DNA of 32,000 bases from Candidatus Saccharimonadota bacterium (GCF_025273655.1 NZ_CP045921.1:420001-452000); one strand, 5' to 3'; positions 23,905-31,977 are shown, counted from the stretch's first letter. Numbers and translations are program-made. Notes: a model not told the origin generated them from the sequence alone.

Positions 23905-25449
23905 CTAATCTGTATTTGGCCTAAAACCATCTGCCCGATAGCGAGCGACGGCTGTTTGCACATCTGCGGGCTTGATTTGTCGCACTGTCTCGTAATCGAC
24001 TATATAATCCATAGCATCCTCTCTCAGGGTAGCAAGTATATGGTGTATGTCTGCCCCGGTCATGCCGCTGGACAACTCCCCGAGCCGTATAGGGTCGTAT
24101 GTGCTGCCCGAGGTCACCTCTGATATACTCTCCAAGGGCTGCTCAAACACATATATCGGACTCTCCGAATCTGGACCGGTGTAACATATCTGGAGGTTAT
24201 CATTGAGCTGGGCACGCCAAATGTCAGCAAGCTCATATTCGTTGGGGGATGAAATTTCAATTACTTTCATACGCCCTGGTCGTACGATTGAACTGACAAG
24301 TTGATCGGGCGAGGCATTCATAGTGGCAGCTATAAGCACATGGGGGTAGTGCGCTGCCTCCTCAATCTTTTGACCAAATGTTTTGGTGGCATTCACAAAT
24401 TCCCGGTGATTATCTGCCTTTAGGTAGCGATCAATTTCGTCAAAACATAATACTACCGACTGTTTGGAGGCAAATGCACTGTCGAAAATTTCTTCGACAT
24501 TACGACTCGTCTTGCCGATATATTCATTGAGTAGTTCACTGCCCTTCACGCTTTGGAACGTTGCTCCGCTCTCGTCTGCAAAAGCTCTCATGAGTGAAGA
24601 TTTACCTGTTCCTGGGGGCCCTTGCAATATGAAAGCTGGTATAGGGACCCGGAGTTGCTTGGCTAGTTCTGGGTTTTTGAAACGCTTTACGTATCGTTTG
24701 AGCTCCTGCTTTGCAGCGAACATGCCCCCTATTGTTTCAAACGCGTCATGAGTATCATGGTCTATCAGCTCGTCTGCATGGTGAACATCGGGTGTGGCTG
24801 GAGCTGGAATTTCTGGCGGATCACTCACGCGAATGTGGATTTGCTCTCGCTTGTGAAGTGGAGTATCAATCTGCCCGTCAAATATCTCGATGATTGCATC
24901 CTGAGTTGTTCCCCATATCGAGATGAAATCTTCTAGCTCACTTTCTGTGAGCTGAGGAGAGGTAGCGAATGCCGGCGCATTATCTTGAGCTAGGCCGTTT
25001 AGTAATTCAGTACGGGTCAACGAAGTGATGTCGATATGAGATTGATCTATCGTGCTCCATCCTTTGATACAAAATGCGCGGTAGCTATCTGGGTTGGACA
25101 CATAGAGGCTATCGGTGTCGTGGGGTGCTACATGCACCTCAAGCCCTTGATTGAGGAGCTGTGCCGAGAGTTGTGCAAAGAGAGGGCTGCGCCAGCTACG
25201 GGCAGGTTTCGTAACGAGCGGATCGCAATTTAGCTGTGCGTTTAGTGCGGTATATCCATCGGGGTGTTTACTGTGCCAAGCATAACTTTTTTTGATAGAC
25301 CCTTGCTCAAGCCCATGTGCAATAAATTCACTCTGGGACAATGCATCTATATGCTCAGCATAACGGGCAGGTTCAAATATTGTAATATCACAGGTATTGA
25401 ATTCGACTCTGCTATTTCCAGGGGGTGTGTTAAAAGCTCTCTCACTCAT
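23905..25449 (-). CDS. Classical-clade AAA ATPase with an unassigned ~250-aa N-terminal domain
   Basis: Walker A ILQGPPGTGKSS, Walker B VVLCFDEID, and a second region of homology IAATMNASPDQLVSSIVRPGRMKVIEI. There is no protease or other fused domain. Confidence 0.85.
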   Translation of the reverse strand: MSERAFNTPPGNSRVEFNTCDITIFEPARYAEHIDALSQSEFIAHGLEQGSIKKSYAWHSKHPDGYTALNAQLNCDPLVTKPARSWRSPLFAQLSAQLLNQGLEVHVAPHDTDSLYVSNPDSYRAFCIKGWSTIDQSHIDITSLTRTELLNGLAQDNAPAFATSPQLTESELEDFISIWGTTQDAIIEIFDGQIDTPLHKREQIHIRVSDPPEIPAPATPDVHHADELIDHDTHDAFETIGGMFAAKQELKRYVKRFKNPELAKQLRVPIPAFILQGPPGTGKSSLMRAFADESGATFQSVKGSELLNEYIGKTSRNVEEIFDSAFASKQSVVLCFDEIDRYLKADNHREFVNATKTFGQKIEEAAHYPHVLIAATMNASPDQLVSSIVRPGRMKVIEISSPNEYELADIWRAQLNDNLQICYTGPDSESPIYVFEQPLESISEVTSGSTYDPIRLGELSSGMTGADIHHILATLREDAMDYIVDYETVRQIKPADVQTAVARYRADGFRPNTD

Positions 25450-25458
25450 ATTACGGTC

Positions 25459-25487
25459 ACTATACTGCGATTTGATGTTTAGTACAA
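25459..25487 (-). promoter_or_regulatory. Sigma70-type promoter (TTGTAC-17 nt-TATAGT) for the AAA ATPase gene
   Basis: On the minus strand, -35 is at 25487-25482 and -10 at 25464-25459. Only 9 nt separate the -10 box from the ATG at 25449, suggesting a leaderless mRNA. Confidence 0.5.
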
Positions 25488-25518
25488 GAAAATACTCACA
25501 ATTTCTGTGAGTATTTTC
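25488..25518. terminator. Hairpin terminator downstream of the glutaredoxin-like gene
   Basis: GAAAATACTCAC-aatttct-GTGAGTATTTTC is a perfect 12-bp stem with A/T-tract arms. Confidence 0.65.
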
Positions 25519-25535
25519 TGTAGGTGGGATATCAG

Positions 25536-25793
25536 TTACGCTGTGACTAGCTTCTTTTCTTCGAGGGCTTTTTGGAGCTTTGGTCGGTCGAAGCCAAGGA
25601 TGACCTCGCCGTCGATATCGGTGACAGGCACGCCCTGGAAGTTGCCACCGAGTTTGCTCATGAGTTCCTCATAGGCTGCTTTGTCTTCCTCGATATCTTT
25701 TGCGTCAAACTCGACGCCAAGCTTCTCGAGCCACTGCTTTTCGGTGCTGCAAAACGCGCACCAAGTAGTACTATAGATAGTTACTTTGCTCAT
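25536..25793 (-). CDS. Glutaredoxin-like protein (NrdH/YruB type, 85 aa)
   Basis: VTIYSTTWCAFCSTEKQWL (CxxC)...GVPVTDIDGEVILGFD is a thioredoxin-fold pattern. Confidence 0.85.
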   Translation of the reverse strand: MSKVTIYSTTWCAFCSTEKQWLEKLGVEFDAKDIEEDKAAYEELMSKLGGNFQGVPVTDIDGEVILGFDRPKLQKALEEKKLVTA

Positions 25794-25858
25794 AGTCCTC
25801 CTTATTCGCTCTTGTTAGTATACTACATGTAGCGTAAGCATGTCCATACCGAACCCTA

Positions 25859-25887
25859 TTGACATAAGAAGTTTGATTTGGTATAAT
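25859..25887 (+). promoter_or_regulatory. Perfect-consensus sigma70 promoter (TTGACA-17 nt-TATAAT)
   Basis: -35 at 25859-25864 and -10 at 25882-25887. It shares the extended ATTGACAyAAGA sequence with the promoter at 15313. Confidence 0.6.
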
Positions 25888-25932
25888 AAGCGCAATCCAA
25901 AGCATGACTCACAACAACAGAAGGAGAAGTCA

Positions 25933-26181
25933 ATGACGGTGGAGATGATCTTCGACAAGGAGCGCAATACGCGCCGACACGCATCTGCGGCAGCCACGGC
26001 CATCATCTGCATGGCTGTGGTAGCAGTGGGGATCGCGGCAGTTGCCGTGGGCATGCCGGGAACGGCTGTCTGGGTGATTTTCACTGTACTCGCGGGCCTG
26101 GTGCTTCCTATGGCGCTCATCGTGATGCACAATGCGCCTGGCTACGAAGTGAGGCCCAGCCTCACGCACATCAGGCCGTGA
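25933..26181 (+). CDS. Small Ala/Val-rich two-TM membrane protein (82 aa), hypothetical
   Basis: ATG at 25933 with an AAGGAG SD 6 nt upstream. Two hydrophobic helices. Hand-counted G+C is 153/249 = 61%. Confidence 0.5.
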   Translation: MTVEMIFDKERNTRRHASAAATAIICMAVVAVGIAAVAVGMPGTAVWVIFTVLAGLVLPMALIVMHNAPGYEVRPSLTHIRP

Positions 26182-26268
26182 AACACAGCATGTCGAAGGT
26201 CGCGGGTGCGGCATCTGGAGTCTCCTAGTGAGATATCAGATGCCCGCCCGCGCTTTCATGTCTGGGAT

Positions 26269-27036
26269 TTATTCTGTCTCGCCCCTGTTCTTAAGGTGTT
26301 TGCGCGTTTCTTTGAGCAGAAACAGGCTCACATCGTCGCGCGTTTTACCGGCATCGTGAAACGGCACACTTACTGTCTGGATGAGAATCATCATATAGAC
26401 CAGTATAAATGTGAGCATACCTGTGAGTGTGAGCCCGCCATAGAACGGCTCAATATTAGTGAGTATAAGAAAGATAATTACGAGTCCGACAAGCGAACGG
26501 ATGAGAATAAATGCCGACGGGATAAATTTAATCCGCTGGATATAGTTGACCCTGAAAAGCAGTTTTAACAGTGTTGCTTGCTGCGTTTTGAGTTTGACGA
26601 TGAAGTTGGCTGGTACGCCTGCAGTTTCCATCTCGGTGAAATAATCATTGAGCTCGCCTATCTCGCGGCGCGTTCCTTTTCGATTGATGCGAGTGCCGGC
26701 GCGAAACGCCGCCAAGATATCTATCAAATCTCCCCGAAACGCCGCCAGATCAAATTTGGGATAGGTTTTATGTGTGGCGCGGGCATCTTCATACATATTC
26801 TCTATAGTAGCAGCAAACTCTGCAGGGATGCGCTCTGACTCTTTGTAGTCGGCGATAGTGGCGCTCAGTACGAAGCCGATTACAAAAATAACGCTCGATA
26901 TGACGCTGTTATGTAGCGATGTCGGCTCAAACACCTCGAGATTTGTGAGGTGCAAAAAATACTTGAGCGCCACTGCTGCGATGGTAACGCCTAGCGCCAC
27001 GAGAAAGATGCGAAATGTCATAATCCACTGTTTCAT
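26269..27036 (-). CDS. Integral membrane protein (possibly bestrophin/DUF4239-like), hypothetical
   Basis: Two N-terminal and two C-terminal TM helices flank a soluble helical region. The VIGFVLSATIADYKESERIP pattern is loosely like DUF4239/bestrophin families (low confidence). Confidence 0.55.
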   Translation of the reverse strand: MKQWIMTFRIFLVALGVTIAAVALKYFLHLTNLEVFEPTSLHNSVISSVIFVIGFVLSATIADYKESERIPAEFAATIENMYEDARATHKTYPKFDLAAFRGDLIDILAAFRAGTRINRKGTRREIGELNDYFTEMETAGVPANFIVKLKTQQATLLKLLFRVNYIQRIKFIPSAFILIRSLVGLVIIFLILTNIEPFYGGLTLTGMLTFILVYMMILIQTVSVPFHDAGKTRDDVSLFLLKETRKHLKNRGETE

Positions 27037-27082
27037 CTCTAGTAAGTATACACGAGCCTATCAGTGGGTGTACACTGGAAGT

Positions 27083-27712
27083 ATGAAGCTCACGAAGTAT
27101 TCACATGCCTGCCTGGTGCTTGAAGAGGATGGTCAGCGGCTGGTTGTAGACCCTGGTAATCTTAGCGATGACTTCGAAGTACCGGCCAATGTGTTGGCTG
27201 TCGTCGTCACCCACTTGCATCCGGATCACTGCGACCCCGCCAAGCTGCAGGCTATTCTGGCTGGGAGTCCGAACGCTGTCGTGTACGCGCTCGCCGAAGT
27301 GGCACAGCATGCCGGTCAGCCGGTCACACCAGTGTTGCCGGGTGATACTGCTGTAGCTGGACCATTCGCACTAGAATTTGTCGGTGGTGAACACGCTACT
27401 ATCCATCCGGATATTGCGGCTATTGGTAATCTCGGTCTCGTCGTAAATGGCGATTTGCTGTACTATCCTGGCGATTCGTTCTCTCTACCACCTCGTCAGA
27501 TGCGTTGGATAGCGACACCTGTGGCTGCACCATGGATGAAACTCGCCGAAGCGGTAGAATTTTTGCGCCAAACCAAACCTGAGCACGCTTTTCCTACCCA
27601 CGATGCTATTCTCTCTTCCTCCGGAAAAGAGATTTCCGACCGTGTGGCCACCAATCTCGTGGAAGAGATAGACTTTTATCGTATCAAATCGGGCGAAACT
27701 ATCGAGCTATAG
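27083..27712 (+). CDS. MBL-fold metallo-hydrolase
   Basis: MKLTKYSHACLVLE...LVVDPG...VVVTHLHPDHCD (HxHxDH)...PTHDAI. Start taken at 27083; the track's 26858 start is antisense to the neighbouring gene. TACACT lies 6 nt upstream. Confidence 0.85.
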   Translation: MKLTKYSHACLVLEEDGQRLVVDPGNLSDDFEVPANVLAVVVTHLHPDHCDPAKLQAILAGSPNAVVYALAEVAQHAGQPVTPVLPGDTAVAGPFALEFVGGEHATIHPDIAAIGNLGLVVNGDLLYYPGDSFSLPPRQMRWIATPVAAPWMKLAEAVEFLRQTKPEHAFPTHDAILSSSGKEISDRVATNLVEEIDFYRIKSGETIEL

Positions 27713-27713
27713 C

Positions 27714-27742
27714 TTGCAAATACCTTACAATTCTTTTACACT
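27714..27742 (+). promoter_or_regulatory. Sigma70-type promoter (TTGCAA-17 nt-TACACT) for the RRM protein gene
   Basis: -35 at 27714-27719 and -10 at 27737-27742. It predicts a ~95-nt 5' UTR. Confidence 0.45.
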
Positions 27743-27842
27743 ACGAAGTGTCAAAGTAGAAGAACGTTTCTATTCTCTTACCAGAGGATACCGAAATCGT
27801 CTAGGTCGAATTGGCAAAACAATAAGATGAAGGTATCCCAGA

Positions 27843-28184
27843 GTGTCTAAGAAAAATTTGTTTATCGGTAACCTCGCTTACGCGACTACCGACGAAAGTC
27901 TGGCTGAACTCTTCGCTACAATCGGCGAAGTTGAGTCAGCACGCGTCATGACTGACCGCGACACAGGCCGCAGCCGCGGTTTCGGATTCGTTACATTTGT
28001 AAACGAAGACGACAATGCAAAGGCTGTTGACCAGTTGAACGGCAAAGACCTTGATGGTCGTGCTATCAACGTGACTGAGGCTCGTCCACGCGAAGAGCGC
28101 GCACCACGCCGTGACTTCGGTGGCAACGACCGCGGTGGCGATCGTGGCAACAGTGGCGGTTCATTCCGTCAGCGTAGCTGGTAA
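27843..28184 (+). CDS. RNA-binding protein, single RRM domain with an Arg/Gly-rich tail
   Basis: RNP-2 LFIGNL, RNP-1 RSRGFGFVTF, and a C-terminal tail RRDFGGNDRGGDRGNSGG. GTG start with a GAAGG SD. Confidence 0.9.
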   Translation: MSKKNLFIGNLAYATTDESLAELFATIGEVESARVMTDRDTGRSRGFGFVTFVNEDDNAKAVDQLNGKDLDGRAINVTEARPREERAPRRDFGGNDRGGDRGNSGGSFRQRSW

Positions 28185-28200
28185 TCAGCACTATACGCTT

Positions 28201-28230
28201 AAAAGCAGCCCGGGTTTCCGGGCTGCTTTT
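28201..28230 (+). terminator. Rho-independent terminator
   Basis: AAAAGCAGCCCGG-gttt-CCGGGCTGCTTTT is a perfect 13-bp stem that includes the U-run. Confidence 0.8.
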
Positions 28231-28287
28231 AGTTAGAGCGAGCGCTATCTTGAGCTTGATTGAGACAAGGTTTTTTCTCTGTAGATA

Positions 28288-28316
28288 TTGACAAAAGTTG
28301 TCAAATTTGCTATACT
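28288..28316 (+). promoter_or_regulatory. Sigma70-type promoter (TTGACA-17 nt-TATACT) for the DEAD-box helicase gene
   Basis: -35 at 28288-28293 and -10 at 28311-28316. It predicts a ~135-nt 5' UTR. Confidence 0.6.
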
Positions 28317-28458
28317 GATATCATTGCATTTAGTAATGCTAGGGTTGTTCTAAGACGAACGCGCAAACATTTGTTCCATCTAGGCGCTTTCTCACCCGAA
28401 TTTTCTCTCGTAGTTTCTCTGCAATACAGATATTTCCAAACGAAAGGTATTTTATACT

Positions 28459-29688
28459 ATGCCATACAAAACTCATGGTTCTGGCCGCCCACAGCGTAGC
28501 GCCAGCAGTTTCCGACGTGGACGCCCGCAAGGTGGTGGTCGGAGCGGTGGTGCCCGTAAGAAGGGTCCACAGAAGCAATACATCCACCCATCGAAATTCG
28601 TCAACAAAGCCGTAACGAAAGAAGCCGAAGCGCCCTACGAGCCGAAGCATGTCTTCGCGGACTTCCCTTTTGGTGCTGAACTCCACGCGAATATTCGTGC
28701 CAAAGGCTTCGAAAAACCAAGCGCGATTCAGGATCAGGCCATCCCAGAAATCATTGCCGGCAAAGACGTGATTGGTCTCGCCAACACCGGTACCGGTAAA
28801 ACTGCTGCGTTCCTGCTGCCTATTATTGAGCGCATGAGCGGCATCATGCTCCGCCCGAGTGTGCTCATTGTAGCACCGACTCGCGAGCTTGCTCAGCAGA
28901 TCGACGAAGAATTTCGCGCGTTTGCTCGTGGCATGGGGCTCTATTCTGCGCTCATCGTAGGTGGCGTCAATGTTGATCGCCAGCTACGTGATCTCAAGCG
29001 TCGTCCACATTTCATCATCGGTACCCCAGGTCGTCTCAAAGATTTGATCGAACGCCGCCATCTCCAGATGAAAAACATGGGGGTGCTCGTCCTCGACGAA
29101 GCCGACCGCATGCTCGACATGGGCTTTTTGCCAGACATCCGCCGTATTGTGAGTGAGATGCCAAAGGAACGCCAGAGTCTCTTCTTCTCGGCGACTATTA
29201 CCCCGGATATCGAAGCACTGGTGCACGATTTCCTGACTGATCCTGTAACTGTGAGCGTCCGCACAACCGAGACAAGCGATCATGTGGAGCAAGATGTTAT
29301 CGAAGCGCGCGACAAAGCGCACAAGATCGAGCTGCTCGGAGAACTGCTGGCTCAGGATGGCTACGACAAAGTACTTGTGTTCGGCGAGACCAAGTTTGGT
29401 GTGCAGCGCCTCAGCGATCACCTTTCGAACGCTGGCCACCCGTCTGTGGCGATTCACGGCAACAAAAACCAGTCGCAGCGTCAGCGTGCGCTGAAGCAGT
29501 TCAAGGACGAGAAGGTCAAAGTCATGGTAGCGACAGACGTCGCGGCGCGCGGTCTCGATATTCCGAACGTCACACATGTGATTAACTTCGATACGCCGCA
29601 AACTTATAGCGACTATGTGCATCGGATTGGTCGTACCGGCCGCGGCGGCGCGCATGGTCGAGCACATACATTTATCGATCAGCAGTAG
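28459..29688 (+). CDS. DEAD-box ATP-dependent RNA helicase with an Arg/Gly-rich N-terminal extension
   Basis: Q-motif region FEKPSAIQ, motif I ANTGTGKTAAF, motif II VLDEADRM, motif III SAT, motif VI HRIGRTGRGG. N-terminus SFRRGRPQGGGRSGGARKKG. Confidence 0.93.
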   Translation: MPYKTHGSGRPQRSASSFRRGRPQGGGRSGGARKKGPQKQYIHPSKFVNKAVTKEAEAPYEPKHVFADFPFGAELHANIRAKGFEKPSAIQDQAIPEIIAGKDVIGLANTGTGKTAAFLLPIIERMSGIMLRPSVLIVAPTRELAQQIDEEFRAFARGMGLYSALIVGGVNVDRQLRDLKRRPHFIIGTPGRLKDLIERRHLQMKNMGVLVLDEADRMLDMGFLPDIRRIVSEMPKERQSLFFSATITPDIEALVHDFLTDPVTVSVRTTETSDHVEQDVIEARDKAHKIELLGELLAQDGYDKVLVFGETKFGVQRLSDHLSNAGHPSVAIHGNKNQSQRQRALKQFKDEKVKVMVATDVAARGLDIPNVTHVINFDTPQTYSDYVHRIGRTGRGGAHGRAHTFIDQQ

Positions 29689-29705
29689 TTTTACTATACA
29701 AAAAT

Positions 29706-29738
29706 CAAAAAACCGAGTCATCAGTGACTCGGTTTTTT
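29706..29738. terminator. Bidirectional rho-independent terminator
   Basis: AAAAAA-CCGAGTCA-tcag-TGACTCGG-TTTTTT lies between two convergent genes. Confidence 0.8.
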
Positions 29739-29752
29739 GAGACGCAGATGAA

Positions 29753-30316
29753 CTATTTAATAGCGGTTTTACTCGCTTTGAATGCAGGCTTTTTGTCTGC
29801 TGTCTTAGTTTCTGCTGATGCGAAATAAGGTCGCAGTTGAAACAAGATATAGAATCCGATTGCAGAAAATACAAGCGACATAATGATGCTGCCGACTTGC
29901 ATAGTGATAATGTCGGATACAATTGTCAGCGCAAGTGAGATGAGACTTGCACAAAAAAGTAGTTGCCAGCCCCGATATTGCTTAGCCTTTAGCGGGGTGA
30001 TCGCAGTAGCTTCGAGGTATAACACGATGAGTGAACTGACGATAGATACGATGATACTGAACCATCCGAGTGCATCCGAGCCATAGGTGTTAGGATAGCC
30101 AGCGAGTCCAAGGCTGAGATTTGCGACAGACAGCACACCAAACACCGTGAGGAGGAGAGGCACAAAAGCGAGCAGTGTCAGTACTGAAAGGACGACACCG
30201 ATCAGTGTGAGTAGCCATGCATACTCCGCGAGCCATTTGGTCAGACCTTTTGGCAGCTTGGGCAGATCTTTATTGATTTTCACTAACTGCTGTTCGATTG
30301 ATGTTACTGTTTCCAT
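29753..30316 (-). CDS. Four-TM membrane protein, hypothetical
   Basis: Hydrophobic helices throughout. I prefer the ATG at 30316 (METVTS), preceded by a GGAGGTGA SD, over the GTG at 30328. Confidence 0.6.
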   Translation of the reverse strand: METVTSIEQQLVKINKDLPKLPKGLTKWLAEYAWLLTLIGVVLSVLTLLAFVPLLLTVFGVLSVANLSLGLAGYPNTYGSDALGWFSIIVSIVSSLIVLYLEATAITPLKAKQYRGWQLLFCASLISLALTIVSDIITMQVGSIIMSLVFSAIGFYILFQLRPYFASAETKTADKKPAFKASKTAIK

Positions 30317-30400
30317 AGTCACCTCCACATACTAATGTTGCTCATATGGTACGCCTGTTTCAGCGTGAATTCAAGTAGTATTCGGGTGTATACTGAATAT

Positions 30401-30922
30401 ATGACAACATACGTACTAGCTGGTGGATGTTTTTGGTGTCTCGATGCAGTGTTCCGCAGGCTCGAGGGCGTGAGCAAGTCCGTCTGTGGCTATGCGGGTG
30501 GTAGTAGCGCCACTGCATCATACTATGTAGTGGCAACGGGCAAAACGCATCATGCCGAAAGTGTGCAGGTGACATTTGATGAGTCGATACTACCTGCGGA
30601 GGTACTACTCGATCTTTTCTTTTTGATTCATAACCCCACCACACCGAATCAACAAGGTGCGGACCATGGGCCGCAGTATCGTTCGGCTATGTTTTATGCT
30701 GATGAAGAACAAAAAGCGGCGTTTGAAGCAGCAATAACGCGTGCTACTCAGCACTGGGATGATGCTATCGTCACCGAGCTTTCTCCTCTCGACCATTTCT
30801 ACGAAGCAGAGCCGGAGCATCAAGATTACTTCAACAATAATCCGCAGAACGGCTACTGTTCTGTCGTGATCGAGCCAAAGATCGTGAAGGCGCGTGCGGC
30901 GTATAAGCAATATTTCAGGTAA
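30401..30922 (+). CDS. msrA: Peptide-methionine (S)-S-oxide reductase
   Basis: YVLAGGCFWCLDAVF...GYAGG...HAESVQVTFD...NQQGADHGPQYRS...HQDYF. Start at 30401. TATACT at 30389-30394 lies 6 nt upstream. Confidence 0.92.
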   Translation: MTTYVLAGGCFWCLDAVFRRLEGVSKSVCGYAGGSSATASYYVVATGKTHHAESVQVTFDESILPAEVLLDLFFLIHNPTTPNQQGADHGPQYRSAMFYADEEQKAAFEAAITRATQHWDDAIVTELSPLDHFYEAEPEHQDYFNNNPQNGYCSVVIEPKIVKARAAYKQYFR

Positions 30923-30933
30923 GACGCTTAGCA

Positions 30934-30962
30934 TTGAATTATATCCTAGTATATGCTATAAA
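30934..30962 (+). promoter_or_regulatory. Sigma70-type promoter (TTGAAT-17 nt-TATAAA)
   Basis: -35 at 30934-30939 and -10 at 30957-30962. It predicts a ~105-nt leader before the ATG at 31074. Confidence 0.45.
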
Positions 30963-31073
30963 CTACGTAGTTTGACTGCCTACATCGGTATGCCAAATCG
31001 ACTCTCTGGGCAACCGTCTGGAAAGTGAACAATTTGGCAGAATCAGAAATCCGCCAACGACAAAGGAGTCTAC

Positions 31074-31961
31074 ATGAACTTCGCTGAGTTTGTAAGAGCA
31101 CAGCGTATCCAGGCTGACCGTGTCGCTGGCGTAGGCGGCACTAGTGATGGGCGCGGCCAGACACTTGCGCAGTGGATTGCACCACTTGCGCTTGGTACGA
31201 TCGAATGGCTCGTCTACATGGCAAGTATCGCGCCGATCATTCGTCCAGAGGACGAACATGGTCGGCGGGCATCTCTAGGCTACTCTGCATCGTGTTTCTG
31301 GGCCATGGCGCGTGCGCGTTCGTGGCTGGGGCGTACGTCTGGCTGGCGGTTACTCGTCGGCTATTCGCAGGGTGCAGAGGCCGCAGGTAACGCGTTCACT
31401 CGGCATGTCTGTCGAGATCACGATATGACTGGTGTGACGCTACTGCTGCTGGCCGATCCGCGAGGTTGGCCTACGGCGCTCAAGCCGTGGATGTCTAGTA
31501 GTCGTGTGGTGCGCAATGTGGTGCGGCGATTTGGCGTGGAGCTCAACGGCTACCGTGATGAGATGAAAGCTCAGGGCGGCCGCATCTACAGCGTGGCTAT
31601 CTTGGGCGATCCAATCACCGCTGTCGAGTCAGTGCTCAAGAATCCGTTCGGGGCTCTCAGCGGCCTTATCGGCTTCTTCAAGATCCACAGCAAAGCGGAT
31701 CACATGGATGAGCTAGCGATACTGTGTGACTACATGTATGGCGACGTACATCGGGTGGTGTTGTACGAGACTCACCCGTTCACGCAGGTCATCCCTCTTT
31801 GTCCGGAGTGGTTTGCGGAGCTTATCGCACCGCGTACCGTACCTGGCGAGGGGCCGGCTACGCTGTTTCGTAGCCGGAAGGAGATTGTGCGACAGCTCGA
31901 GCGTGCCCGTCGGGGTAATGCTCGTCAGGAGCGTGTCGCAGCCTTGCTCGACGCCGCCTGA
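31074..31961 (+). CDS. Cutinase / PE-PPE-like alpha/beta serine esterase (295 aa)
   Basis: LLVGYSQGAEAAG matches the cutinase-type nucleophile elbow (G-Y-S-Q-G). It is followed by LLLLADPRG and ILGDPITAV (candidate Asp) and KIHSKADH (candidate His). AAGGAG SD 5 nt upstream. Confidence 0.6.
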   Translation: MNFAEFVRAQRIQADRVAGVGGTSDGRGQTLAQWIAPLALGTIEWLVYMASIAPIIRPEDEHGRRASLGYSASCFWAMARARSWLGRTSGWRLLVGYSQGAEAAGNAFTRHVCRDHDMTGVTLLLLADPRGWPTALKPWMSSSRVVRNVVRRFGVELNGYRDEMKAQGGRIYSVAILGDPITAVESVLKNPFGALSGLIGFFKIHSKADHMDELAILCDYMYGDVHRVVLYETHPFTQVIPLCPEWFAELIAPRTVPGEGPATLFRSRKEIVRQLERARRGNARQERVAALLDAA

Positions 31962-31977
31962 TTCTGCCTGTCTACCC

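Noticed and set aside
28984-29922. 312-aa minus-strand ORF antisense to the DEAD-box helicase
   Set aside because: It overlaps a helicase gene that has all canonical motifs, and also overlaps the membrane-protein gene at 29753-30316 in another frame. It has no motifs and a Ser/Arg/Leu-rich composition typical of antisense frames.
14881-31200. Using G+C content alone to call the small cassettes horizontally acquired
   Set aside because: My hand counts show heterogeneous background: gltX sample 63%, xth 54%, AAA gene 48%, ORF 10616-11650 45%. The 55-61% values of the cassettes are therefore not outside the native range. A proper sliding-window and codon-usage analysis is required.
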